This document shows, one piece after another, positions 11,930 through 25,909 of a stretch of 64,000 nt of DNA. The position numbers and the translations under genes are program-made. The notes under the pieces were generated by a model. The model worked only from the letters and a program-made list of their open reading frames with translations. It was not told where the DNA came from and did no database searches. Positions within the stretch are counted from its first letter, which is position 1, and each line of letters opens with the position of its first letter. The DNA is from Hydrolagus affinis (taxonomy: Eukaryota), in assembly GCA_012026655.1 (NCBI GenBank), contig JAAILG010000406.1, positions 1-64,000 of the forward strand. Reading direction: 5' to 3'.

Positions 11930-13974
11930 TTTACAAGAGATGTAACGTTTTATTGTGGAAACAGAATTAAGATTGGCCTTTGGTTGAACGTTTGTAAAAC
12001 TAGTTTTGATCACGTTCCTCCGATAGACCAGCCAGTATGTCTCGAGGCCACACAGACCAGAAATCAGAGGTTTGAATGCTTGTGTGTGTTGAGTTACCTA
12101 ATCCTTGTCTGAGCGGCTATGAGGGCTACAGTTGGCTTTAGTGCCTGTATATCAGGGAGGGGAAAATCAGACACGTTTCACGGGATTAAGAAAGTAAACT
12201 CAGAACAGTTGCTTCGCGGTGAACCGAGGCAGTGGAACAAGAAGTGCGTAGAATTAGGATTACAAAGGGCGATGTCAGAATAGACACCAGGAAGTATTTC
12301 TTTTTACCCGGAAGGTAACTTAACGACTGCAATGGCTTACCGGGAAAGATGGTTGAAAAACAGCTTGATGCCATGGTGAAGGGGATGGTAGGATTGAGTT
12401 TTCTGGAAGGATTAAGGTCAAATGTGCCAAAGGACTGCCTTCATCCAAACCAATCTTGTGATTATTAGCCCATGTCCTTGCCTTGCAAGTGCGAACTGCG
12501 AAGTAACAAAACACTTTACATAACTTTGAAATCCCTGAACGATTAAGTTAGCTTTTCGCCAACAAAATATCCAGTCAATCCACTTTGCAGTATATCCTGT
12601 GGAAGCGCTTTGAGAAATGCACGGTTTATTATTTGTTCTGTTGTCTCTAATGTAGATTTTCTTAACGTTTGGATTTCATGCTCGCAGGGCTGGAGAGATC
12701 ATTTTTTGAACGGAATCTGCCACACATGGGAGGAAGGCTTTTCCTCTTGTTGTGGGAGGCAGGCACTTAACAGTCATTTCTGTGCTTTACAACAAAAGCC
12801 AGTGGGAAATCAACAACCCACCGCAGTTTACATGTTGCCAGGTCCCGACCGATCCAGATCGAGCCACTCTCTCGGTTCAACGAGCACCATTCCTAATAAA
12901 AACAAGTTGTATTTATACAGCGCCTTTCACACAGATTAACATCTTGGGGATCTTTTTAGAGATGGCGCCTCACACTGAACAGGCCGGGGGAAGGAGAGGT
13001 TGCAGATCTTCAAGGCTTTGAAGACAGAGAGAGACAGGGGGCGAGACGGAGGGACCAAAGGGAGGGAGTAACAGAGAGGAGAGGCTTCGCGGCTAAAGGC
13101 TCAGCTGCCTATGGTGGGTGGAGGGGTGAAGGTGAGCAGAAGAGGGAGGCTGCAGAGGATCTCAAAGGTAGGGAAGGATGAGGGTGTGGAGGGATCTACA
13201 GGTGAGGCTGAGCATCTCAAAGTCAAGGAGGCTGTTTGAGAAGTCAAGACGGGAAGTGAGAACTGTCTTAGCTAGGGTCTTGACCACATTGTTGGAGAGA
13301 TGGTGCAAAGATGAATAATATATATTCCTTGGTGTAGCCCTTTATCACGTCTTTGAGATATCTGGAAACGCCTCACGGAATATACCATGAACTGAATTAT
13401 ATATTTCACGGGCATAAATGCGGCAGTCAATTGCACACAACGGTGTCCCGCAAACAGTCGTGGATTGAAGTGACCCAATTTATAATAATGTTGTTTACAT
13501 AAGTCATTATTTTCCCCCGGCAAAGCGATCCACATATCGACTTAACAACCAGGTTCCTATTTACCGCTGGGTAAACAAAAGCGTGTGCGTTAAGGAAACG
13601 TGCCCAACATTTCACCCTGCCATTGAATCAAATCCAGGTGTGTGGTTTGTGAGGCGAGTGCTCTAACCATGAAGCTGCAGGGTTTGGCCAAAGTGCAATC
13701 TTAGCCAGGGACGAATCAGGATGTGGTGAAGCGGGTGGAGGGGCGCGGGGGTTCACAGGAAAGTTGAATTTGGAGCCAGAAGCAAAGATCAGTTCCGGTT
13801 GTGAAATCTGATAGCAGTGGGAAAATGTACATCGCTGAAGCCGGTAGACATTTGGATTCAGAAAAAATCAATGGCAATGTAAACGCAGCCAGCGGGTTTG
13901 TTTGGAAGTTGGGAGGTTAAACAGACACTCTGGATAAGTTGTTTTCCTCACGTTGCAGTGTTTCATATGCACTT

Positions 13975-14000
13975 GTGTGTGTGTGTGTGTGTGTGTGTGT
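13975..14000. repeat. (TG)n microsatellite
   Basis: Visible directly. Confidence 0.9.
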
Positions 14001-16363
14001 TTATTGCAGATGAAAGTTGGAATGTGTTTAGGGGCTGGTCTGTTTTCAAGGATTTGTTTCTTAGTCGTTCCTTTCTGCAGTTTTCGTTCCTTTCTGCAGT
14101 GCACACCTAACGTTGACATGAGAAGCAAATGTTCAGACTTCAACCTCTGTAAAACCTGGCGTTCAAACAAAGGTCCAATAATTATTTTTACTTTCTAATT
14201 CTCGTGCCAATGCGCATTTATTGAGCTGTCGAATGACCAACTAATGACTATTATTCCTAGAGGTGGAGGAGGTAAGTGCTCTGAGACGCCGTCCGGCGTG
14301 GAGGGCGCTATATAAATCCAAGTTTTGTTGTTGTTGTTGTAAGCTTGGAGCTGAACTGGCTCTAAGGTGACATGTTTTGCGATGGAATGTCACAATGGAG
14401 CCCACCTCCTGTGACCGGTCTCCAAGGCGGGTTTGCGCTATTCCAGGGTGCTGATGATGATGACAGCACAGCCAGTCTGGCTCGTTGGCAGGACATGAGC
14501 GCAGACCAGTCACTGAGAGCACTGAGGGATTCTTCTCACTCAGCTACTGTTAACCCTACAAGTAAAAAAAACACTAACTGATAGGGTAGGCCAAACTGGA
14601 CAAGGATCGGGGAAGCTTGTCAGGCAGCGAGATCGATGGCAAGTTTGCGGCTTTAGCTGGTAATACTCCCAATTAGTACCTCGGCACTAAGGGAGGATTC
14701 ATTCTGATGGACATCTCAGTAATGTCCATTATGGACATCTGTAGGTGGGGTGTGTGGAACTCTCAGTTTGGTTTGGAGTAGTGTAGTGGATTTCCGCACG
14801 CATCGGATACCCAACGGACCAAACAAAACACTCGATTTGCCATGAAACTTTGAAACTCTTAATGGTCGACCCATTAAAATCAGTGAAGATACCGATAAAA
14901 AACCTTTGACTTGTTCTTTAATCAGAGTTACTCCTTAAAAACAAGGAGACCTGTGTTTACATAGCTCCTTATCGCACCAAAACAGTCTCAGTGTCTCGCA
15001 AGTAATTATGGCAAACAAACAGCTAGAGTGTTTTCAAAGCCTTACAAAGTAATGCCAACGTTTCTGGCATTATTTTATCAAATGAAAGGTTGTTGTGATT
15101 CAGGAGTTTCTAATGAATTTAAAGATGCATCCGTTGTTGGGTTTAATGGCCGGAAATAGAAAACAAAACCCATCGCAGATAACTATACTCTCGAGATAAC
15201 CAGAGCCCCATCAGCCAGTTCCTTAATGGATCCATTTGTTCCCAATTCCTCATTTGCTCCCACCCATTTTTAGCATTGTTCAAATATGTGCTTTACGCCC
15301 CATTAACTCACCGTTATGGTCATGCCTTCAGTCGTCATTTCTGGTAAAAAGCAGTCCCATGTTCAAGTTTAATATCGGTACTATGTCTTGGATCTGATGT
15401 CCAACTACTGCAGTGATTGTCTTCCCGGAGAAGGGAAGGGAAAGCAAGATCTCTGTCCCAAGACAGATTGCTCCTGGGTTAATATACTCGGCAACAGAAT
15501 ATGAGAATCGAGTCGATCCCTTTGGATGACCCATTGAACAACCAACCCAGAATCTTAAAAGGATCATATAGGGAACAAAAAAAGACCTAAGGTCCGTCTA
15601 GTTTGCCTTCCAGCTTCATGGCGGTCACATGTACATGTGACCCAAATTACCTATGTACAGTACTATATCCCATAATGTTATTTCCTCACTTTACCATCAA
15701 TACCAGACTGAATGATATCAGTAAAGTAGGGTTGAGAACTTTAGCATTTTCTAGGGGGGAAAAAAAAGCCTTTGAGGCTAAAACTCCTTCCAAGAATTTG
15801 CTACATTTTTTTTTACCGTACGAAATGTTGAGAAAACAGTGGACATGTAAAATCAAGCTTTCCACTTTGTTCTGCTGAGAAGCATACTCATGTGATTAAC
15901 ATAAGCACTGTAGTGTGACTTAAGTAATTTTCTCAGAATTCTCCGTTGCCTAACCGTGAGCCTAACCGTTGCTCTGACATGAGCCATGCAAATTTGCAGT
16001 TCCGTGGGCTGTAACTTATTCCATTTATTGCGTCAATGGACCGATTGTCTGTAGGTGTTGTCCTTGCCAACAATCCTCCAGATTAAATTGTCGTCCTCTT
16101 CACTGCTGTTTGCGGGATTCTGATATGGGCAAACTGGGCTGCCTTCTCTACCAACCAATACACCGATCACACTTGACAGCAAATTATCTGCAAAGTTATT
16201 TGAGAGGTTTTTGGACCTCATCCATAAACTAATTGGTTTGGCACTATAATCGGGGAGGTATACTGGAAGTATAATATCAAATGGGCTGAAGAGACTTCTT
16301 CATGGAAACAATGTTTGACCTCATAATTATCGGAGCTATATCAATTTCAAGGAGAGATGTTGT

Positions 16364-16670
16364 GGAGTCCTGTCGCTCAGTGGTTAGAACACTCACCTTA
16401 CAAGCATGAGATTTATTTTCGAATCCAGGCACGTCAGGGCGAAACCTCAGGCAAGTTGCCTGATAATAATCCCTCTCAAAAAAAAACACAATTAAAAAAT
16501 TGGTCATTTTCAATCCACGCCTGTTTGTGGGGGACGCTGCTGTGCGCAATTGGCTGTCGGATTTCGCCCACAAATATACAGTCAATTCACTTTACAGTAC
16601 TTTCTGTGAAGCGCTTTGAGACGTCTAGAAGATGTGAAAAGCGCTATATCAAATGCAAGGATTATTATTA
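16364..16670 (+). mobile_element. tRNA-derived Deu-domain SINE, near full length
   Basis: Head GGAGTCCTGTCGCTCAGTGGTTAGA with A/B-box remnants, core GCTGTGCGCAATTGGCTG, tail GTGAAGCGCTTTGAGACGTC...AAATGCAAGG(ATT)n. Confidence 0.85.
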
Positions 16671-18048
16671 CTGTTGTACAACCAAGCAGCTCTGTGGATG
16701 AATTACCCAGCGATTTCTGCCCTGTGGTGTTAGTGGTGTTCTGCTTCTCACTATAACAATGTATGGTATATTTTAATGGGATTCCTCCACAAGGACCTTT
16801 AGACACAAATGAGATTTCCTTCTGACTGAACTGCCCACAAGCTGACGGGACTCTTAACACAGAGGAATTCTATTAAATATAACCAAGATAATTTTTTTCT
16901 GTACGTCACCAAATCTGCGTGTTTATTTTTTTTGTATTTAAGCAAGTTTGGGTCGATCTGAAATGCATTTTAATGCTGCGGGATACATCTTTTTCCATTC
17001 ATTTATTCCTTTCGAGAGATAAAGAGATAGTTGGGGCCAAAACTAAGTGCCTAGGATTGATTCTGAACGTGTAAAGGAAATCGTAAAGAGATTCCCCCAG
17101 ACCACATTTGTGAGATTGCTTTGAGTTTGTTCAAATTGGTATAAAATATGATAACCGTAGCCATTGCATTGGTAGCATGCAACAAATAGTTCCACAAACA
17201 GTGCAAGCATGTCAGGAACGTACTTCTTGACAGCAGTGATTCAGTTATAATGTGGTCGTGTGGGCCTCATCGCTGAAATGGACAACTTTTCAGGTCACAA
17301 CCCACCATCACTTGCTGCTTAGTGTAGTGAATGTGACATCTTTGGTGATCCGATAACCGACCTTATTTTTTCAGCGTGGGAACTGAGCTAGCCACGTCCA
17401 GTGAAACCAATTATCATCAACTCGGTTGCAATAGGCAAAACAATTGCATTATTACGAGGTTCCACGCTACAGGTAGAGACGAGAGGGACACGTTTTTTTT
17501 GAAAGACAGCAAAACACGACACAAAGTTTTAAAAGTAAAAAGCTGCTTCTCCTCGTGACCCCTAATCTGTACAGGATACAAGAGCAAAGTCTGACCTTAA
17601 TGTCAGGGAAATTATTTTGGTTGCGGAAATCACTGCACGATGTAACCAAGCGTGTGAATTCACTGAAGCAAAGTAAGTTGGAGAGATCTGGTTAAGATAA
17701 GTACAGCGATAGACAGAGATGTACACACACACACATACACACACATATGGATGTCTGCACTGTTTACGCACGCACAAAAATATAGCCTCTCCCATCTACT
17801 GCACATCTCCGGCTCTCTACTGTAATGTGGTGTGATGTTGTCTTTACTTTAGACGTTGGTGGTCATTTTCTCAATGATATTATCTCACAAGTGGAGCACT
17901 GATAGTCTTCACTCGCACTTATCTTTGGTGGTCATGAACCACACTCCCGTGCCTCTGCATTTTGCTACCTTTCTTGTGAAATGTCTTGCTTTTTTTTTTT
18001 ATTTGTCGCGTCATCAATTCACCTTCTGCCACTTTGTGTGCTCCCCAG

Positions 18049-18148
18049 GAAAGTCCCGCTGGAGGAAAAGCCCAAAAAAGAAGGGATTGAAGTGAAGACA
18101 GTTCCCAACGAAGCCACACAAACAAATGACAATGAAAGCAAAGCATGA
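18049..18148 (+). CDS. NCAM1: NCAM1 last coding exon
   Basis: ctccccAG|G then KVPLEEKPKKEGIEVKTVPNEATQTNDNESKA*, the NCAM1 C-terminus; TGA at 18146-18148. Confidence 0.96.
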
Positions 18149-20465
18149 TCAAAACAAACAAAAAAAGGAAACGTGAAAAAAAAATCAAAAAGCATAAATA
18201 AACCAGTTTCCCTTCAGTGTCTTTTATTATTTTTGAAACCTGTTTTCTTGTTTGTAGATTTCAGCTGAGAAATGGGGATGGAATGTGGCACACTTACTTG
18301 TTTGTAAAACTTTCTTCATCGAACGAGTTGGTCCATGACAAACCGAAATTGATACAGTTGTTGAAGAAAAATTACCGGGAGTACTTTAAATTGTAGTCAC
18401 CATTTTTCACCGCGCTTAGTAAGACTTGTGATTTTTAGAGAACAACCATGTGAATCCCTTGGTTAGAAAGCACTAAAAATTATCCCCTATAGTTTTCTCA
18501 CTGTGTTAGTAAAAGCGAAGAGTTGAAACAAGAATACACAAATTGTTCTCAGTACATACCTGTAGAAACCGCCACAACTGATTTTTATCCTGTTACTTTT
18601 TTCAAGCTAAAACAAAAAAAATGTTACCGATTAAAACACAGCTTTATAAATTACCATTGTAAGGTTAGAAATGTGATTGCTTCACTGTCCATACAAGTAC
18701 ATTTTTGTGCACAAAGCATTGCTATCTTAACCTGTGTCTTTGTTTGTTTGTTTCAAAATTGTTTGCAAGTTTTGATCCTGAGTTAAGCTTTCGACTAAAC
18801 AGAAGGTTTGTAAATTTGCATCTGTGAAGTATATTTCAATTTGCAGTATTCGATTTTATGAAAAATATCCTAATTTTTTTTGAGGGGGGCCAATTTTTTT
18901 TTCATGTGTTCATTGGTTTAAGACCATAATTGTTTAACCTTTACTGTTATAATTGTGTGTAAATGTAACGGGCTTTGTAATTTTTTTAAAGGCTTTTTTT
19001 TAAAAAAAACATTAGTTTAGCCTGCTTGCTTTTGCAAAGGGAATTTTTTTTTTGAACGATTGGGTTTACAATGCCTTTCCCCCTCCCTTTGTTAGAAAAT
19101 GCATTGCTTGCTCGCTCTGCTGTCTGAATAGACTTTAGTTACTTTATATGGAAGCGCACCATTTTATGACCTGTTTACTTTATTAAAGTCTGATATACAC
19201 TTACGTTGTGTGTCCTTACCCCACTTTCCCAATGCAAAATGCCTTGCATTCTTGTCAGTGTGGAAGGATTCAACGGCACATTTCTGTTCCTCGAGTAATT
19301 TTTCAACCTTGTTTAGACTGCAAGCTTGTGCACTGTGAATGCGTGAATAATATAGTGTGAAACGTGTTTTTTGTCATAGTATTTCAGAGAAAATTCAGCG
19401 TAGCTTGGTTGTGAAAGGCATAGAAAAGTAGTTCCGAAGGTTGTGTGGGGAAAATGCCGAAACAAGAGGAGAAGAAAAGAAAAATAATAATTTAAAAAAA
19501 GGGGGTGGGGGGGCAGCAAACATGTTTGGGCATGATTTCCATGTGTTATAAGTTTTTTGCCTGTAATGTTTTAATAATGATGGTAAGACTGGGAGCATTG
19601 CCCTTTATGACGACCAAATGGGCCTTTACTGTTTCATGTACTTTTCATTTTCTGTGCAGTCTCAGTCCAGTAATGATGGCATTGCTAGTTTGTAAGTTCA
19701 AACTGTGAAATACTGATCTCGTCATTTGCTTCAAGTGTTTGCATATATTCAGCTTTAGGGATGACAATGGAGGTGGCCTTATTAATCTCGCATCGAATAA
19801 TCAGGAGCACACCTGTGTCCAGGCGTGCCCGCGAGACTTCATCCCACCGTGCTCTCGGAGACGTTCATTTTTCCAGCAAGCCACCAAGAACAAATGGCAT
19901 TTTTTTTTATTCCAATGCTGCCTTAAACCAAGCCCTAACTAGTCTAATTACCCAGAGATATTTAAGCCCGTTTACTCACTTGTCATTTTTTTTTATTTTG
20001 CCGACATTAAAATGGGACCAAGTTTACATAGGCCATTGCAATCATATCGATGGCCTAATAGTGAAAGGTATGAATGTTTATTCCTTGACGTGTGCCATCT
20101 CTAGTGAATTTTCAGATGCCCTGGTAGAGAATTTGTGATGCGCTTTATATGTAGGTATACTGTCTGTCGAACTAATTAGAGTACATGATTAAAAAAAAAG
20201 GCCTTACAATTTTCTATTATAAAACTCAAGGCTGTATTTCACCTGTTATTACCCTACAAGAATAAACGTCTCCACCCTCCAATGCCATCCCTGGTCAGAA
20301 TACCCTGCGTTTAGGGCTTTCTCTTCTATTTCAGAACTTTTTAATTGAGTGAAGATGATACCACCTTTCCACTGTCACTGGTGTAAATACTGACTACTAA
20401 CCGAGATTTTTGACCTTGCATTATGTCAGATACTTGTGTCCAATAAAAATTAAAAAAAATATAAG
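18149..20465 (+). other. NCAM1: NCAM1 3' UTR (approximate end)
   Basis: U-rich, no SINE tails seen; AATAAA at 20442-20447 followed by a GT-rich tract; other hexamers at 18197, 19182 (ATTAAA) and 20261. Confidence 0.7.
20442..20447 (+). terminator. Probable distal poly(A) signal of NCAM1
   Basis: AATAAA followed by ctgttggctgttgtgtg; repeats resume just downstream. Confidence 0.65.
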
Positions 20466-23400
20466 ACTGTTGGCTGTTGTGTGCATGCTTCAAAGCTGTT
20501 TAAATCGATTTACATTTACTTAACGCCTTTCAAAGTGTTTCAAAGCGCTTTTTATTGCATTTTCTGTGAGAGCAGAGCGTAATTTAATATGTTTGATATA
20601 CACAGGTGATGCTTGGCATTTGCTTTGCCAAAATGCCGAGACCATAACGAATAAATAAATTAACCATAATAATAATCCTTCCATTTGATGCAGCACCTTA
20701 TTTTGTCTTCGAATCACGAATCAACGCGCTTCACTGGATTCGCTGTAACTTGCGATGACGAGCGTGTATTTTGTAGGCAAACGCGGCAGCCAATTTGCGC
20801 AACGCACCATCGTATCCGAAGTGAGAATTAGGAAATAATATCTCGGGGATACAGTACATTTGGGACACGACATGTCAAGCGACTGTCCAGGACGGTGAAA
20901 GGCAAACTAGACGGATCTTGGTTTTCTTTTGCCCGGCAAATTCTTAACGTTCCTACGTTATTAAGAATTCCTAAGAAAGTGACTTAAGTTGTGTAATAAT
21001 AATAATATAATAATCCTTGCATTTGATATAGCACTTTTCACATCTTCTGGACGTCTCAAAGCGCTTCACACAGAATACACTGTACAGTGAATTGACTGTG
21101 TATTTGTGGGCGAAACGCAGCAGCCAATTGCGAAACGGGGCAGCCGTGTCCCACAAACAGTCGTGGATTGAAATGACCAATTTTACTATTGTGGGTTTGA
21201 AATCTTACAGCACAGCAGGAGGCTATTCAGCCCATCGTGTCTTCGGAAGAGCTGTCCCGACGAGTCTCACTCCCCCCCGCTCTTGCGCCCTATAGCCTTG
21301 CGAATGTTTCTTTTGTGTCACCCATCCAGGCAGTGCATTCCAGCACGTTAGGTCTCTCTCCGAGGAGTTAAAAATAAATCTTTGTTCTTTTGCCAATGAT
21401 CTTAAATCTCCAGTTAGTGACCCACCCGCCAGAGGAAACAGTCTCTCCTCATTTAGCTACTCAACGATCTCAGTAAATGAGTTTGGCCTAGTTTGTGTTG
21501 CGTAACATGATTTGGACAGATATTATTTTGGACTCGAGCTGGGGATAGGTATTGGTGAGAGTTGGAGGGCAGGTGGGGAAGGTGGTTGATTGAACGCACG
21601 GTCGAAAAGAAGGACTTTGAGGTGGGTCTTGAAGGAGGTGAGGGATGGCGTGAGGTGGAGGGACTCTGGGCTGGAGTTCCTGAGGGTGGAGCCAGAGAGA
21701 GCATTCCTTTAACTGAAGCTCACAGTCGTGGCAGAATCTTTAGTCTGGGTTACCAAACAGCAATCCCATTACGCTTGAGTTCTTTCTCTTTCCAGCCCCT
21801 GCACCCGCACTCCAAACATTTGGTCTTATTTTTCCAGAGTACCCACCCTAACCTATTTCTGCATCATGGCATTAAATGGTTTCTTCAAGCAGATTCTTGC
21901 TCCACCCTACGTCTGCCACCTCCTAACCCCCTACAACCTGGCCTCTCCCTCCGCTCAGGGCCTGGGAATCGAATCCAGACCCTCTCGCTCGCAAGGCGAG
22001 TGCTCTAACCACTGAGCGACAGGTCTCCACAGCAGATGCGTTGAGGCAAAATAAAGAAACATCAATTGGTGTCAAAACAATTTTTTCACTTCTATGGCAT
22101 CTTCAATATCAGCAGGGCACATATCTGCTTCACATCTAGAGCCTGAGCTGGGCGGAGAACTGAACGGGGTGGGGAGGGAGGTGGAATGTAGAGGAAGGAA
22201 GTATTTAATGACGTGTGTATCAACAATAATTCTTACACAGTTCATATAGCATTCTTTCAAATCGTAAAAAAAAAAGATTGTCTCAAAGCGTTGTCCAGGA
22301 CAGCAGGAGAAATTCCCTCTTCATTTCAAATAAGCTCCTTACTGCACGGACCTAATAATAATCCCTCATATTCCACGACTGTTTGTGGGACACTGTTGTG
22401 TGCAAATTGGCTGCTGCGTTTTGCCCGCAAAAAATATAGTCAATTCGCTTTGTAGCATATTCTGTGAAGCACTTTGAGATGTCTAGAAGACGTGAAAAAC
22501 GCTATATCAAATGCAAGGATTATTATTATTATTATCCATCTCGTTCAAAGGATGGCGGCGCTATCAATTGCGTGCTCTCCCAGCGTCAGCCTAGACTGGG
22601 TGAGTTCAAAGTATCTGAGGTAGGATTTGAATCTGCAACCTGCCAACTCAGAGACAAGAGTGCAAACCAACTGAGGCAGGCGGACACTCCCAATGCGGGT
22701 AACGTTTTTGCTTTACGCAACCCATTTACGGGATGAATTTGCGTGGTCAGAATTCCTTCGCCATCACAATAGCTTCGAAATCAACCGAAAATAGCTTCGA
22801 AATCCACCAGAAATTGCCTCCTGTGTATCCAACTACTTTCATCTTCCTATTCCAATAAAACGCACAGTAAATCACAATGATGTGTTTCAAATGTGTCAGT
22901 CCAACAACAAGATTTGAAGCACGTTGGTCAGAGGCAAAGGGAACATGAGCTTGATAACCTTTGTCCACTGTTATCCGTTAATTCTCAATAATAATCGCAA
23001 TCATTGCATTTGATTCAGTGCCTTTCACGTGGTTGAGACATGTGGGATAGGAGGTATTGTGAAGTGGATTTTGGGTGTGCATTTTGTGAATGAAACATGG
23101 CAGCCAGCTGTGCACAGCAGTTACCCTTCACTTTGTGAACAGTATCGTGGGATCTTTGGGACAGCCTCCTGACGTGAAAGGCTCTATACAAGTATAATTT
23201 TGTTGTTTTGTCGTTGTTTAACATCCGCCTGGATGGGCAGATGGGACTTTGTTTTAACGTCTCATTGGAAGGACGGCACCTTTGACCATGCTCAACTCCC
23301 CCGGCAACTCATTGGACTATCAGTTTAGCCTTGAACTCGCAATATTGGGACTCGGAGGCTGACAGTTCTTCATACCTTATCCTTCAAGCACCAGGCTTGC

Positions 23401-25909
23401 CGTTCTCCTCTAGGTTTCTCCTACGTCACGCTGACAAACCTGGACTCGTTCGGTCGAACGGAAATCCGTAAAGGTAGCCCCCGATCTTTTCCGAAACGTC
23501 AATGGGAATCCTGGTCAGATTTCTCATCGAGACATATCTGTTGAGAAACACCACAAAGTCAATGCTAGACGCCGCTGAAATCAAATCCTCAGGCTACTGG
23601 AACATCAGGCTGCGGTAACTGAGAATGAACAAGCGATGGCTATTTATAATCAGGCGGGACCTTTATGGTCCGTATGAATATTCATTGCAGAAAATGCCGA
23701 ACGCTTTTAGAGAAAGAGAGGCTTTCAGCTGGTGGCTGGCAGGCCAAATCTCCACTGCTGGTAAAACAGGACAGCTGTTTAACAGGAAATGAGCTCGACA
23801 GTGTTCAATCGCACATGTCTATTTGCGGAGTGAAACTCTTATGAAATTCATTTTAAAATATCTCATTTGCATCGTACTGCAGGAAATTGCTTCGCTGTTT
23901 TTTTTCCCAGCGGTTGGAATTGTTTAACTCCTCCCTCCGCAGGCTGCAGATCATCCAGAACTAGGCTCCGTGACCCTCTCATCTCCATCTCTCACCCGAC
24001 GCCACCGGTTTTCCATCACACAGAGGATACAGTTCAAGATCTTGTTCCTCACCTTCAAAGTATTCTATGGTCTTGTTCCCCCGCTATCTCTGCAACCTCC
24101 TAAACCCCTACCAACCTGTCCATTCCCTCCTATTCCACAATAGGACCCTCCTGTTTGATCCTGCTTTCAATCAAACTTCTTCCTCCCACCCCCCACCCCC
24201 CACCCCCACTGCCCTCCATTCTCTCCCATCCCATCCCTCAGCTCAGGCCCAAAATACAGTCTCTCTAGCACCATGGGACATCCTCCCGACATGAAAGGCT
24301 CTGTACAAGTGTCAATTTGTTATTGCTGTTTACTGAATACTTGGTGCGCCTGTTATTTTAACTGATGAAAATCTTCTTCAGCAGATTCATTCAACTGTTT
24401 GTTGACAACCCAGTATGTCTGCGTATAACTGAGCCAGCAGAGAGGATTACTGTATATTACTTGAAGGTTCAGCTTGTTATTTTTTCCCTCTGGTGGCTCC
24501 ATTTGTATTTGTTACTGTGAAATGGATCCAGTGAGATAGTCACTCTGTAATTGTAGGGTGAATGATGTGGTCAATTTCCACAGAGTGCTGAAGGCTCGTC
24601 AGCCCATGGTGGGATGGGAGGGTGGGTTGGGCTGGCCGAAGGGAGCGGGCAGGTTGGTAGGAGTCTAGGAGGTCGCGAAGGTAAGGTGGGGCGAGGCAGC
24701 GGAGGGCTTTGAAGTGTGCGGCAAGAATTTATTAACATCCGCCTAAAGACACAAAACCACGCAACAAAATTACATTTGCATAACGCCTTTTGCGGCAGAG
24801 AACGTCCCGAAGCGCTGGACAGTCAAGCATTTGGACCCAAGCTGGGCGGGATGGGGTGGGTGGCGGGGGTGGTATTGGGCTCAGGAGCAGTGGTGGGCAG
24901 GAAGGTTACAGGGAAACCAAGTCAAAGGTTAGAAGAGACAAGGGAGGGAGCAGGGGGAAACAACCACAGCTTGCGTTTATATAATGCGCCCTCCACGCCA
25001 GGCTGCGTCTCAGCGCTCTTAAAAAGGACTGTGGGGTGGAGTTCCAAGGAGTGGCAAGAATGTTGACCTAGAAATGTATTCGAACACCATACTTCACTGT
25101 ACGCAAAACACCAGGCACTTCCTTCCGATGGCTTCGTATATTGGACAGAGCAGCATTTTAGGGGTGGAAGGAGTAGCAGTTTGTGCGTGTTTGCTGGTCT
25201 CACAGGATGACTAATTGGCATTGGACGTTTGTGCATGGAAATCCACAGAGGCTCCTTGTTTAGCTTGGGTGGGAGTAGGGAGGTGTGCTGGAACGTAACC
25301 ACGCATGAACAAGTGGGAGGCCAGAAAAGGTGTAGAGAGATATACGCCAGCTGGAAGCGACTCCAAAAACAAAATCGGAGCCCGGCATTTTATTGGAAAG
25401 GACTGAGAGCAAGACTCGGTTACCAGAAACCACTTCTACATAAGCTCAGCCTCCCGACGGCGCTCGGTGAAGTCTGATTCCCAGAAATCTTTCTCCTCAA
25501 GGACTGCAGCTCGGTGGAAAATCAAAACACAAAGAAACAGATGTTTCGTGCCGACTCGTGACACTGAAACTTTGTGTGAACATTCCTCCTCGCACGCAGC
25601 TCCCAAACACTGAACCTCAGCCAAGGGACTGCCCATCCAGCAAACAGGATTAGAAGAGTCATTTTGCAGTCTGCATATGTCTGCCATTTCGTAGGAACAA
25701 TAGCCGCCGTGGGCCAGTGATCTAAAATGGAGTTTATCCAATGCCAGAGTTCAGACCCTGTAAATTCCAGTTCGTTTAGACTGTGAGACAGTTTCCACGA
25801 GCCCCCCTCATCCCCTTGCAGATCGAATTCAAGATCCTCGTCCTCCTTGCGTTTGATTCACTCCAAGAGCCCAGCATTCACCTCCAGCAATCTCCTCAAA
25901 TACATCATT

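Noticed and set aside
16364-16435. tRNA-like sequences with A and B boxes
   Set aside because: They are SINE heads continuing into the Deu core and LINE-like tail, not tRNA genes.
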